64,000 bases of DNA from the NCBI RefSeq assembly GCF_009914755.1, contig NC_060940.1; one strand, given 5' to 3'. Below the pieces are notes generated by a model, which made no database searches, was not told where the DNA came from, and saw only the letters and a program-made list of their open reading frames with translations. The position numbers were made by a program, and so were the translations under genes. Below, one piece after another: positions 45,301 to 60,500 of the stretch; the first letter of the stretch is position 1, and each line of letters starts with the position of its first letter. Origin of the DNA: the human T2T-CHM13v2.0 reference genome, Homo sapiens.

Positions 45301-46411
45301 AATAATGTTCTATTTTAATTTCCTGTATTCCCTAAATAGTCATAACCGTTTCCAAGGGCGATATTCAGAACACGTAACGAGTGCAGTGCAGGCACCAGCC
45401 CACGTCTCGGCCCCCCGTGTGGGGAACCAGTCTGGCCATCTCATGGTCCCTGCGTCTGCTCTGCCCACCTCGTAGGAGGCTCTGGATTGAATGAGGTTCG
45501 ACAGTGCTGACTGTGAGCCTGGCCCTGAGTCCGCTCAGGGGTCTCACTTGCCACTCTGCTGCTGTCACTGCGCCGTTCCCTTTGCCCACATGCCCTCCTG
45601 GTCTCTGCATAGATGTCCTGAGTGGGACTGCTGGGAGTGGGGCACTGCTGCGTGGCAGTGGAGCCTCGATAGTGGGTCTCTTGGGGGATTATTGGCAAGC
45701 TGCACCCCTTGAAAGTTAACCGATCGGGGTGCATGGCGTGAACTTCCCTTCCTGAGCTGGTCAGCCCAGTGTATGCTGTGAGCCAGGAGCCCTGAGGGCG
45801 TCTCTGCCCACCTATCTCAGAGCACACTCTGTGTTGCAGGTGCCGTGACACCTATTTTACAGCCCAGGAAACAGAGTCTTTCATGCTGTTCCTTCCAGCC
45901 GAACCCTCAGCTGGAGTCACTCCAGAAGCCGCAGGCAGGAGAGTTCCCACAAAGGACTGGATGCACACCTTCCTGAGACGGGGGGTGGGTTAGGATTCCA
46001 GCAAAGGAAGCTCTAAACACCAGAGTGGCCAGTCCATGGCATTTGTTGGGGGACTTACAGAGGGGGCTTCAGCTTCCTGTGGGAATGGGGAGATGAGCCA
46101 CGTTCTGCCCCGGTATGTCTGCAACGACGGGATCAGATTACGGAGTTCATATGAGGGTGAAGGAACTCGGCTCAGGGCCGGGCCCAGTTTCCAGGCTTGA
46201 TCTTGCAGTGTTTGGGGGCAACACCCTGAATAAATGAATCAGTCAGTGCCTGGGAACATTCGAGGCCCTGGCTTGGGTTCAAGCCTGCAGGAAAAACGTG
46301 CAGCTGGCGGGTCAGGGGCAGTTAGGACAGAGGACGAGGAGGAACGGGGGCCCCTACGTGCCATGGGCATGTGCTCGTCTCTCTCCTGGTGTCCGCCTTT
46401 CTCCTCTGCCT

Positions 46412-46755
46412 TGTGGCTCAGCTTGGACTGCCATAACAAAATACGATAGAGTGGGTGGCAGAAATGCATTTTCTCCCCGTTCTGAAAACTGGACAGTCCA
46501 AATGCATGGTGCCTGTGGTGTTCCGACAGGGGATCACTCCTCGGGCTCCTTCTCGCTGTGTTCACGGGGCTTTCCTTGGTGCATGGAGAGGATCTCCCTC
46601 TCCTCCTCTTCTTATAAGGTCACCAGTCCCATCAGATTAGGGCCCCACCCATATGGCCTCATTTAACCTTAATTACCTCCTTAAAGGCCCTATCTCCACA
46701 TATAGGCCCTTGTCATAGCGGAGGCTTCACATAGGAACCTGAGGGGGACTCAGCC
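46412..46755. mobile_element. MaLR LTR (MLT1-like)
   Basis: ctgccataacaaaatac...tcttcttataaggtcaccagtcccatcagattagggccccaccc...taaccttaattacctccttaaaggccctatctcca. Confidence 0.8.
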
Positions 46756-46889
46756 TGGAGCACCTGGTGTGTTAGGAGGAGGCCAGGCCAGCGCTGAGCA
46801 CCCTGCCTGTGGGTGAGCCCTGCTTCTCAAGCAACAGTAATAAATAAAAAGGAGGAGGCCAAACTGACCAGACCTAAAAAAACAGTATC

Positions 46890-47215
46890 TTAAGGTCTGA
46901 CACCTGCCACGGCATGAATGAGCCAGAGAAAGTGATGCTGAGTGAAGGAAGCCTGTCACAAAAGGACAAATGTGGCATGTGAAATCTCTAGAACAGGGAG
47001 ATTCATGGGGACAGGGAGTGGACTGGGTTACCAGGGGCTGGGGTGGGAACAATGGGGAGTGGCTTCTTCATGGGTGTAGGGTTTCTGTTGAGGGCGACGA
47101 CAGTACCCTGCAAGTGGACCGGTGACCGATGCACAGCGTTGAATGTACTGAATGCCACCGAACTGTGAACTTTAAAACTGTTAAAGTGGCAAGTTTTATG
47201 TTATATTTAAAAAAT
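46890..47215 (+). mobile_element. Old L1MB-like 3' end
   Basis: atgctgagtgaaggaagcctgtcacaaaaggacaaat...gaatgtactgaatgccaccgaactgtgaactttaaaa. Confidence 0.8.
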
Positions 47216-47974
47216 CATATATAGAAAGGATGTTGTATTAAACGAGAAAAACTCATTTCTCTCAAGTACCAGTCACTCATTGTGGAGACTGCTCTTGAGG
47301 TCACTGTGCCCAGGCCTCTTCTGTCTTGAGCCAGTCCATCTCTGGGGTGTGACCCTAGCTTACCCCCATGACCACAGGAAGACCATGAGCTGGTCCTTTA
47401 AGGATGCAACCTGGGAGTTGCCCCGAGGACTGTGCTCACATTCTGTTGGCCAAAACTCGGTTACGTGACCACACCTAGCTGCAAGGGAGGCTGGGAAATG
47501 TAGTCCTTAGTCTGGGGGCATGTGCCTGGCTGACAATGGGGCTTCAGTGCTGTGGGAGAGGAGGAGCTGGTGGCTGCCAGGGGATGGACAGCTGTCTCTA
47601 CCAACCTGGCCTCACAGTGGTCACGCTCCAGGACATAAATGTCCCCTCTGCAGCAAAGACTTCCTGGGTGTGGAGGGGACTGGGGGCCCACACCCTGGTC
47701 TTCACAAGATGGTCTCCTACCCCGGAAGGCACCATGCGGCCCACGCTTCAGTGTGAAGACACCACCTGTGTGTTAATGGGCCCAACACCAACCTGGGTGC
47801 AGGGCAGGTATTCAGCAAACAGTGAATGGACACCAGGGAGCTGGCTACTATAGTGACCTCCTGAGGTCGCAGGGCTACCAAACAGTGCACGGCATTTGCA
47901 CCCCAGCTCAGGCGTCCCGGCAGGGATTCTGCATTGTCTGCCTTTGAAAAAAGGGTGGGAGAGTTAGGACAGGA

Positions 47975-48230
47975 ATTTTCTCTGTTTCCCTCTCTCTCTC
48001 CTTCTCCCCCCTTCTCCCCCTCTCTTTTTCCCTTTCTCTTTTCCTCCCTCTCTGTCCCTCCCTCTCTTTTCCTATCTCCCTATCTGCTTTGCTCTCTGTC
48101 TCTCTGTCCTATTTTTCTCCATCACTCTTTGTCCTTGTCTCTTTTTCTCGTTCTCTGTCACTCCGTTTCTGCTTTTGTTCCCCCTTCTCTCTCTCTCCCC
48201 AACCCCCCTGTTTCTCTATCTCTTCACCTG
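47975..48230 (+). repeat. CT-rich polypyrimidine tract
   Basis: About 250 nt of almost exclusively C/T. Confidence 0.9.
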
Positions 48231-48736
48231 TGAATTCCTGAAACAGACCCAGGGCATGATGTCGTGGAGGGCAGGCCCCAGAGGCGTCCAGGTGACACCG
48301 TGTGGGCATTTGTAAAGCAGGAGGCCCCAGCAGGTGGAGCAGGAGGACTCACCCCCCTGCAGTGGGTGGTCAAGAAGAGCTGCCTTTCCTAAGCCCCTCT
48401 CTCCTCCAGCCACCCCTCACCTGGGGCCTGCTGAGAGGGACAAGGTGGATTGGGGCTTGCTGTGGGGCTGGTGCTGAGGCAGGGGTGGGTGGCCCCCCAG
48501 CCCCTATTTCCTCCTCTCCAAACCCAGCCATCCCAGTTAATTATTTGCCCAGCAGGGCAGCTTGACTGGCTGGTGTCTTGCTGAGCAATAAGCAGCTGAA
48601 TAAGGGTGCAATTGCTGGAGGCGGGGTCGCAGCTGCAGACCTGGGCGGTCACTTAGTCTGGGACAGCTGCAGCGGCCACAGCGAAAGCCATGCAGCCTGC
48701 CCCATGCCTGGCTTTGTCGCGACGGCTGCTGGAACA

Positions 48737-49045
48737 GACGGGTGTGGTGGCTCATGCTTGTAATCTCAGCCCTTTGGGAGGCCAAAGCAGGCGGATCACT
48801 TGAGGTCAGGAGTTAGAGACCAGCCTGGCCAACATGGCAAGATCCCCTCTCTACTGAAAATACAAAAAAATTCAGCCGGGTATGGTGGCAGGCACCTGTA
48901 ATCCCAGCTACTCAGGAAGCTGAGGCATGAGAATCACTTGAACCCAGGAGGCGGAGGTTGCACTGAGCCAAGATCAAGCCACTGCACTCCAGCCTGGGTG
49001 ACAGAGTAAGACTGTCTCAAAAAAAAAAAAAAAAAAAAAAAAAAG
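48737..49045 (+). mobile_element. Alu (AluS-like)
   Basis: Full dimer with long poly-A. Confidence 0.95.
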
Positions 49046-49087
49046 AAAACTACACACACATACACACAACATAAAATGTATGATTTT

Positions 49088-49389
49088 GGCCAGGCACAGT
49101 GGCTCACGCCTATAATCCCAGCACTGGGAGGTTGAGGTGGGTGAATCACTTGAGGTCAGGAGTTCTGGACCAGTCTGGGCCAACATGGTGAAATTCCATC
49201 TCTACTAAAAATACAAAAATTAGTAGTGTATTAGTGGGTGTGGTGACAGGTGCCTGTAATCCCAGTTACTCAGGAGGTTGAGGCAGGAGAATTGCTTGAA
49301 CGCAGGAGACAAAGGTTGCAGTAAGCCGAGATAGCACCACTGCACTCCAGCCTGGGCAACAAAGCAAGACTCCATTTCAAAAAAAAAAA
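49088..49389 (+). mobile_element. Alu (AluS-like)
   Basis: Full dimer, in tandem with the previous Alu. Confidence 0.95.
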
Positions 49390-50573
49390 GGATGATTTTT
49401 AACCATTTTTAAGTGTACCGTAAGTGGCATTAAGCATGTGGTGCAACCATGACCACCATCTATCTCCTGAACTCCTTTCACCTTGCAGAAATGACACCCT
49501 GGACCCTTGAAACACTAACTCCCCCTCCCAGGTTCCCTCCCCCAGCCTGGGGATTAGGCATCTAGCAGCTGCTGTCTGGAGAGGGATAGCATGGCCCTGC
49601 TCCGTCCCTTCTGGGCCCGTTGAGCTCTGCTGTGAAGGGGATTCCTTTCCTTGTCCCTGTCACTCCTAGTGTGGGGGTCGGGGGTACCAAGCCCCAGCCC
49701 TGCCACCTGGAAACCCTGGGAAAGCAGCGTCACCTCCCTGTGCCTCAGTTTCCTCATCTGTAAAGGGGAGCTGAGGACAGGACCTGCCTCCGAGCCTGGG
49801 GAGAGACGGCAGTGCACAGGGACTAGCTGTGCGTCTCAGTAATACGGAGAGAACTTTGCAGGCCAATGGCGTCCCTCTGAGAAAGACTCTCCCTGGATTC
49901 TGTTTCAGAGAGTTGAGCTTTTCCCCAGAGCAGATGCTTTGAAACTGTCTCAGGTGGACAGAGGGGGCTGCAGGGAGGGCACAGAGGACTTCCTGGGAGT
50001 GAGGTTTCCTGGGATTGAGTCCCAGCCCTGCTGTAGGGCTGGAGTGAAAGGGGCCTCCCCAGAGAGCCTCTCCCAGGGCTCTGTCCCCAAGTGGCCAAGC
50101 TAATTCGGTTCCGTGCTCCCCTTTTGCCCACCCCCACCAGAGGCCACAGGCTGGACTGGGCGCCACTGCTCATGCTTCTGTCCTGGGATAGCACAGACTA
50201 GTACACCAGGGTCTGGCACATGTCCGTTGTAGTCACTGCAGCCCTCCCAGTCTCCCCGTTTTGTAGAGGAAGCCACAGCTCGGGGCAAAGCCGCACCTCG
50301 CAGTGGACAGGTGAGTCTCTGCCTCCCCACCAGCTGCCTCTTCCACAGATGGACCCCCAATCACACTGTCATATCGCCTGTCTGAGCCTCACTGTGCTAG
50401 TCTGTAGGAGGGGGCACCTCCTCTTGGGCCATCCATATAAGGCTGGAGACAAACAGCTCCACCCAGTTATGGGAGTCCCATGCCATCCAGGACACATCCA
50501 AGTGGATCTCTCATAGCCTATCATGGTTCCTCCAAGACTCAGTTTTCTCATCTGTCCAGTGGAATGACAATGG

Positions 50574-50715
50574 TACAGGCTGTGAGAATCCCTTATCTGA
50601 AATGACTGGGATCAGAAGTGTTTCGGATCTTGGCTTTAAGTTGTAGAATATTTGTATGCACATAATGAGATATCGTGAGGATGGGACCCAAGTCTAAACA
50701 CGAAATTTATAATAC
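50574..50715. mobile_element. Tigger4/MER46-like fragment
   Basis: atcccttatctgaaatgactgggatcagaagtgtttcggat...gatgggacccaagtctaaacacgaaattt. Confidence 0.65.
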
Positions 50716-50717
50716 AT

Positions 50718-51050
50718 AAGTTTCTGGAGGCTCCAGGGAGAATGTGTTCCTTGCCTTTCCCAGCTTCCAGAGGCCGCCTGCGTTCCTTGGCTCGAGGTCC
50801 CTCCTCCACCTTCAGAGCCAGCGGGGCAGCCTCTCCTCTCCTCTCCGACCTCCTGCCTCCCTCTTACAAGGACCCTTGTGGTTCGGGGTCATCTGATTAT
50901 CCACCCAGATAATCCAGGGTCATCTCTCTCTTTCCTGATCCTTAACTCAGTCATATCTGCAAAGTCCCTTTTGCCACATAAGGGGACACATTCACAGACG
51001 GGTTCTGGGGATCAAAACAGGGACATCTTTGAGGGCTGTGTTTCTGCTGA
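50718..51050. mobile_element. MaLR LTR (MLT1-like)
   Basis: tctggaggctccagggagaat...ttcccagcttccagaggccgcc...gataatccaggg...catatctgcaaagtcccttttgcca. Confidence 0.8.
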
Positions 51051-51356
51051 CCACGCTCTCCTCTGGGCCTGCCCTTTGCATCTGCAGATAGCAGTGGACT
51101 CTCTTTAGGGGGAGCAAAGCCTCCCGCTCTGAGCATGGGCTGGACTTTGGGGGTCCAGGACTGGGGAGGGGTCGACATTGTAGGTCACCACCATGTGTGA
51201 CTGTCCAGGGAGGCTGGGGGATGAAACAGCCGAGGGTCTGACTGGGGGAGAGCCGAGAACACACCCCACTTTATCCGGAAGGCCAGCCATGTCTGCTCAG
51301 AGACGAAGAGTCACGGGACAGCCCTGTCCAAGAGCAAAGACCCGTCCAAGAGCAGG

Positions 51357-51377
51357 GTCAGCACCTCGGAGAGTTCC
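51357..51377 (+). promoter_or_regulatory. RE1/NRSE (REST-binding) element
   Basis: GTCAGCACCTCGGAGAGTTCC versus consensus TTCAGCACCnnGGA(C/G)AGnnCC. Both half-sites are intact with the canonical 2-nt spacer, in a neuronal gene. Confidence 0.7.
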
Positions 51378-52224
51378 CCGCAGGCCGCCACGGGGCGGGG
51401 AGAGAATTCATGGGGCTTCGACTTAGAAGGGGAACATACAATGCTGTGGTTTTCACTGCCTCTGGGTGCAACTCAGCATTTCCCCAATTACGAAGCCAGG
51501 GCCTTGGCCCCCAGCAGGAAGCCTGGGGTATTTCATTGCCTCACACTCACGTCCCATCTGCTGAGGGGCACGTACGCCACCACTACTCCTGAGTGGCAGT
51601 TGATTTTACGCTCACAGATTCGTCCTGTTATTTAGTATGTTAATTCAGGCGGCTATGCATGGTTGTCTCACAAATTTGATTTTTAAGGAATTTAACATTT
51701 CAAAATACTTGGTTTCCCTTGTAACCCCTCACCTTTTATTTTCTGTACCTACGGTCATCCCTCAAGAGGGATCCGTAGGCCTCCCCTGCCTGCCCTGGGC
51801 ACAGGGACATCCCGAAGCGCCGGTCCCAGAGCCTGGGCTCTGCTGCTGTTTCTCTGTGACTTGAGGCAAGATATCCTACGCTGCCGAGATAGCAGCCCCT
51901 CTGCCTGGGGAGGTGAGTGTGAGGAACCCGGTGTACTCTGTCGATGTTTAAGGGTCAGTGGGCGCCGAATGAATGGTTTCTGTCAGCAGCACATTCTGCA
52001 TCTCCCAAAACCAAAACCAAAAGGACAGCCGGATTTTCCCCTCTGCCTGACTTCACTAGGCTCGTGTCTGATTTTTTTTTTTTAGCACCGTCAGCATAAG
52101 GGCCTGGGTTTATTTTGTGGTTGTTTATAGTGGAATTGGGTGTATTGTCCTGATTTGTTTTCCAGGATGTTCGTTTTGGGGTCAAGGGTCTTTGGGGTGG
52201 ATGAGGCGGGAGAACCAGGCTTGA

Positions 52225-53053
<829 letters not shown>

Positions 53054-53696
53054 AAGGTTAATTTCTTGATAGAGTTGGACAGTCGGTTTTGCTACAAAGC
53101 TTGTTTTGAAAATGAGAGTTGGTTCCAGCATGATTGATATATCAGGGAACAGTTTCAAGATAACACAAGTTTCCCGTTTTCCTTTGTGAGATTTCACCCA
53201 CCAGAAGCACTGGGTGAACACAGCCACTGCCCCCAGCTGGCCTGATGCACCTGTGTTCACATAGGAACACATAGGATGCATACGCACCTCACACAGCCCC
53301 AGCCGCCCCAGGGACCCCATCCTCGTCAGGGCACAACTTCCCCGTCTCCACTGCCCCGTCTCTGCCACTCTGCACCAGCTCTCCAGCCCACCTCCCTCGG
53401 TAAACTTACAGCGTTTTCAAGCCCAAGTGCCGTGTTAATGTGTCTCTGAACCCCTTGACATGTGAAGCTGTGCTGCCGTTTTTATTAGGGTTTCTGTCTG
53501 TTTTGAGTGCCCTTTCCCTAACCCCATTCCCCAACAAGCCCTGTGGTTTTGACTGTGCGGTTTTGCATGCAGTGATTTCTAGGAATGCAGACGTCGAGTT
53601 GTGGTGGAATCGACTCTTCTGTGCTCATGTGAGGGAATGGCCTTGTTTTGAGGAAATATGCGCTGAAGTACTCAGGGGTTAAAAATCATATGGCCA

Positions 53697-54423
<727 letters not shown>

Positions 54424-55720
54424 TCACATGTGGAAACATGGAGGCCCCGGGGCCTGTGTGACTTGCCCAGGGTCCCAGCTAGCAGGTGGCAGAGCAAGAC
54501 CTGTATGCAGAGGCCCAAGGAAGCGTCATGAGGACCCAGGTCACCAGTGCATCTCCAGGGTGAACCTGGCCCCTGCCCAGCGCATTTGCCTGTCCCCTGA
54601 AACCGCCACCACACAAAACCATGTGCATCTTCAGAGCAGGAGGCGTCTCCACCATCTGTTTGCTCCCGTTTGACAAATGGTCGGTGCTCCTTGAACGGAT
54701 AAACAGGAACCATCCGGCCCTCTTCCTTGCCGGAGCTCATCCCTTTGACTCCAGGGAGGGAGGTCATGAGCACCACAGTCTTTATGGGGGAGATCACTGG
54801 CCTGCCCCTGGGCGGAGAAGCCAAACTAGAACCTTCTCCCCAGGGTGAGCTCACAGGCTTTTCCCATCCGGGACCCCTGAGCCGATTGGCTGCCCGGGAC
54901 CTGCTGTTATATCGGGGGCTCCCATTGCAAAGCCCCTGCGTGGGCTGGCTTCCCCGGGTTTGGTTTCTCCCCATTGTGCAGGGTCTTGGGGTAGGGTCTG
55001 AGCCAGGTCACCCTGGAGAACCGACAGCACCGGCCCAGCCCCGCTGTGACCTGCTGACCCCGGACCCCGCACTTTGCTTAGTGCTTTAGGTCTGTAGGAG
55101 TAATCTTTGGAGAATCGTGATTCTGGGACCCGAGCTCTGAGGGAACAACCTCCTCTGAGCCTCCCAAGGCCCCCCAACATTGTGGGGTGAGCCCCACCTC
55201 ACAGATGCTGAGACAGGCCTAGAGGCGTGGCGCTCCCAGCCCCATGCCCCACATAGCTCTAAGGCCTGGCCTCACTTGCAGGTGAGGGTCCTAGGAAGCT
55301 GGGGGTGGGAGCAGGCCTAGGAGAGGCACTCAACAACCACGGCTCAGCATGGTCTAGAACTGCCCCCTCTTCCTCCCGGCTGCCCCGAGTCTGGCTTCCG
55401 TCAGACCCAGCCTCCTTCCCCAGCCCATCCCTCTCCCTCTTTGATGAGGCCGATGGGGCAAAGACCTTTGCTTCCCAGAATGTTCTGTCCCTGGTTGGAA
55501 CACTGGTCTCTGGGACACAGCCCTGTCCTCAGCTTTGAAGTCAGTTCCCATCGCTGCCCCCCAGGTAGCTGGCTGGCTTCTGCCAACCTCAGCCTGGTCG
55601 CAGCTGGCACCTCCTCACCAGGTACTAAACCAGGGTGTGCAGAGGCCCGCTCGATCCATGGGGCAGATCAGCAAATGGTAGTGCAGGATGCCCCATCATA
55701 TGTGAATATCAGGTAAATAA

Positions 55721-56380
<660 letters not shown>

Positions 56381-56594
56381 CCTGATGGATAATGTCTAAT
56401 ATAAGAGAACCCCTAATTTAGCTGTCCCTGTACCCTTGTGAGGTGAGCAGTATTGTTGCCTACATTCTATAGATGGGGAAACAGAGGCCACAGAGGCCTA
56501 GCAGCCTGCCTCGTCACCGAGTGGGAGCTTGGCAGGGCTGGGATCTGAACCCAGGCCGTCGGCTCCTGGGCCTGTGTGCCCCCTCCATGACCAT

Positions 56595-57020
56595 ATCAGC
56601 TTCCTACAGCTTCCATGACAAAGCACCACAAAACCGGAGGCTTAAACACAGAAACGCAGTCCCCCAGCTCCGGGCAGAAGCTCGAGACGAGGGTGTGGCA
56701 GGGCCGTGCCCCCTCTGCAGCCTCTGGGGAGGGTCCCTTCCGGCTTCTGGGGGCTGCCGGCCTCCCTGGAGTGGCCACGTCACTTGTTGCTGCTGTCTCC
56801 CTCGTCACGTGGCCTCTCCTTCTCTGTCTCTTAGCTCCCTCTGCCCTGTCCTGAGCACAGCTGTGATTGCATTAGGGCCCACCTGTATAACCGAGGATGC
56901 CCTCTTCTCAAGAGCCGTACCTTGATCTCATCTGCAGAGATGCTTTTCCCGACGTGAATGGAATATTCTGAGGATTAGGACGTGGACCTACCTTGTTAGG
57001 GGCCACCATTCAGCTGACTG
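56595..57020. mobile_element. MaLR LTR (MLT1-like)
   Basis: atgacaaagcaccacaaaaccggaggcttaaacacagaaa...attagggcccacc...catctgcagagatgcttttcc. Confidence 0.75.
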
Positions 57021-57357
57021 TCTTTGCCAAGCACAGGCAGTGGAGACTGTGTCATGCTCTGATCCGAACAATCGTCCTTCTGTCTGCCGCCCGACTTCCC
57101 CAGCCGTGTTCAGAAAGACAGAAGGAACTCCTGCCCCACCCTAAGCTGAAGTCGGGAGCGTGAGGACCCTTTATCTGGTCTTTGGGGGCCAGGTGGGTTC
57201 ACGGGCACAGGACAGCATGACAGGCAGGGCCTGGCATTGGGACACCTGGGTCTTAGTCCTCACCTGTGACAGCGGGGGGTCTTGGGCAACGTCCCACCCC
57301 TCTCTGGGCCTTGAAGATGAAGGGGTTAGATCCTGGCCTCCCGGAGCTTCCCCTGGT

Positions 57358-57500
57358 GTAGGATCAACACACTTTTTCTGTCAAGGACTAGAGAGTATTT
57401 TAGGCTTTGCTGGCCCTGTGGTCTAAGTCACATACTCTTCTCTGTCTGTTTTTGTTTGTTTTGTTTTGTTTTGTTTTGTTTTTGTTTTTCCTACAACCCC
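57358..57500. mobile_element. MER58-like fragment followed by (GTTTT)n
   Basis: actttttctgtcaaggactagagagtattttaggctttgctggcc; (gtttt)n at about 57447-57489. Confidence 0.6.
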
Positions 57501-60500
57501 TTTAAAATGCAAAACCCGTTCCTAGCTCCAGGCCATGGCTGCCATTGGGCTGTGTTGAGCCTGTGGCACGTGCACAGGCCCCTGCCCTTGGTGGACACTC
57601 TGATTCCACCTGCAAATCCTGAGCGCACACCGGCTCTGAACAGGCTCTGTGGCTTCAGAAACTTATCTTCTGGCTTCGTCGATCTGGCTGGTTTGCCCTG
57701 GGGATCCCGCATCCTCTGACTACCGTGATGAGCAGAGCGCAGCGCCCGGCTCCGTGGGCCAACTTTTGGTGTCTTGCCCTGCCTGAGCCTGTTCCTCCTT
57801 CCTCTCCCTGCCCCTCCAGCCGCTCCGGGTCCTCTGGGAAGCTCTGGCCTCTTCACCAGCCCTGCGCGGCTGCTGGATCTGGAGGCCGGAGCCGGCACAT
57901 GCGTCTGACAGCAGCGCTGCTGTCTCTTGTTTTTCGTGGTCCATGTTTGGGGGTTACATCTGGGCCTGTCCCTTCTCTGTGTAGCCTGAAGGCAGTTCCC
58001 AGGCTTGTGTCCCTCACCTCTCCGCAGACGCCCTTTCCAGATCCTGTTCAAATCCTGGCCCTACTCACGGGAACTTGGGTGAGTCAGTTCCCTTCACTGA
58101 GCCTTCATGCCTCCCTGTTAAGGAGAAGCTTCACTCGGCATGGCGTGGCCCGTCACACTCATCCTGCATCTGTTACACCAAATGCAGTTTCCTCTTCTAT
58201 AAATGGGAGAAAATCACCTGTCCTTGCCAAGGGTCCGGTGGGAATTAAATGAGCTGAGCCAGGGCACGGGTGGAGCTTGCTGAGTGTTAGGTCGTGTGCC
58301 TGCTCTTCTTGGCGGAGTCTGGCCAGATACCTCATCTGGTTCCATTGCTGTCAGTCTCTAAATGGGGCCTTTCCTGCCCAGCTCCCAGCCCTGGTGCTCA
58401 CACCATCACAGGCCAAAGAACTGGATTCCAGACACTGCCTCCTCCACTGTCCCCACAGTGAAAATGGGGAGGGATGTCCCTGTGGAGCCCTAACTGGGAC
58501 CCAGACAGCCCTACCCCCAGCTCCCACCCCCTCCGGCTGTCCCGGAGGCCGTGCTCCGTGGATCTCCTCTCCCTCGCCTCCACGTGGGCTCCAGGTAGCT
58601 GCACACGCATTACAAACATCTCGTTAATCTTCTCGGAGGTCCTGCGAGGCGAGGCCTGTGGTAGCCCTGCCCTTGGAGCACTGAGAATTAGTAAGGAAAT
58701 CGCCGCTGCGTCTCCCGGTGGCACAGGGGCGTGGAGGCGTGGCGGGCCTTCCCTCTTGCACCACTTTGGATCCTGGGTCCTCACAGCAGTGTTCTCTGCA
58801 GGGGAGGTGCAGGCATTGGTCTGCTCTAGGGCCAGGTGGTCTAAAAAGTCCCTGGTCAGCCCCGAGTCCTGCAGGAATCTGGATGTTAGTGGGATTTGGG
58901 GTTCAGGATGCTTGCCTGCTGGGTAGGATGGGGTTGCTGAGTGAGGCTGAAATCCCAGATGGGATGTCTGGGCTCCTCCATGCCTGACTTGGGAGGGGTG
59001 AGAAAAGGAAGGAGACTTGGCCATCTTTAGGCTAAAAGCCTAGTGCTGTCTCACAGGAGGGAAGAGCAGGTCTCTGCAACACACGCCTGGGGTTCCGTCC
59101 CCTCTGGCCACTTGTCTGTCACCTTGGACACGTTGCCTGGCAGCCTCTGAGCCTCAGTGTGCTTCTGTGAATTGGGGTGACCCTAGCACGGTGCTCACGA
59201 CAGAAAGCATGGGAGTGCAGACGTGGGTCAGTGGCCCGCGGTGAGAGCTCCCTGTCTGCCCCATGGTGAGTTTCCACAGCAGTGAGAGAGGCCTGGCGTG
59301 TGGGGTGGAGGCCGGGACAGTGTGAGGGCCGCCTGGTCAGAGCGGGAGGCAGGACCCCGTAGGGAGATGAAAGCCAAGCTGGACCCAGGCAGAAAAAGAG
59401 GAACGAAGGACAGGAAGTCCAAGAGCAGTCACTGCTGACGTGAGTGCGGCCTGCAGGCAGCCAGTGTGGATGGACTCTCAGGCCCTCCGTTGTGTGTTAG
59501 GGGACCGGAGGAGCAGAGAGGTTGCAGCAGCCGGCCGGCCTCTCTCGGTGAGGGCCGGACTGCACATGGGGCTCAGAGGCCGTGGGTGTGCCTGCCCGCC
59601 TGTGTCAGCTCCAGCCGTGGGGGCGGGGGTAATCCGAGGCTGCGTCCCGAGGCTGTGGGAGCTCTGCCTTCATCCTTCCATTCACAGGTAGGGACACAGG
59701 CGTGGGGATTCCACGGTGCCCTTGAGGCAGCTGTTTCCTAGACCCCCAAGGCCCTGACGGAGACTCCCCCACCCCTCAGGAGCAGAGGGTGAGGCGGGGT
59801 CTGCACCGGCCGATGTGGGCAACTGTTGCACCCTCGGAGCCCAGCAGCGAGGGTGGGGGTCTGTGGGGAGTCAGCCGCAGCCACCAGCATTGCTGGAATG
59901 TGTCAGAATGGTGGTGCCTCCTGCAAACAACCTTAGCCTCTGTTCATCCTGTCACCAGGGTCCTGGGAGAAGCAAACCCACGTGTGGCCTCTGCAGGGTG
60001 GGTGGGGAGGTTCTCCCGGCCAGGCCTGACTGACGCCCCTGCTGCTCCCTGTGGTCCAGCCTGGACTTGCCACCGATTATTCTATCAATGGCACTGCACT
60101 GGGCACCAGGATCCAAGCAGTGGACTGCGGGACAGGACCTGTCCCTGTGAGCGGCCTGTCCCTCTCCCCAGGCCCAGCCTCCTGTTGGTTATCCTTCCAA
60201 GCCCATGCCTGGGCTGTGCGATCCACCTTTCCTCCAGGCACTCTTCAGGCAAATCTCTGGAGCACCCACTGGGTGCCACACACTGCGGATGGGACGCAGG
60301 GTACCGCACAGCCCCGGTCCTCAGGGACCCGGCGGGGACAGCACTGGTGAAAAACCACGGAAGTACATTGATGTGTCACTTCAACAGGGGCCTACGCAGG
60401 GGCCTGCCCTGTGCCAGGCCCTGTCGTTGGTTTGTGGGGTGAAGACCCTGTTCCTATGGTGTGGACGTGGTAGAGATCCAGGGGCTCTGGCAGCTTGTAT

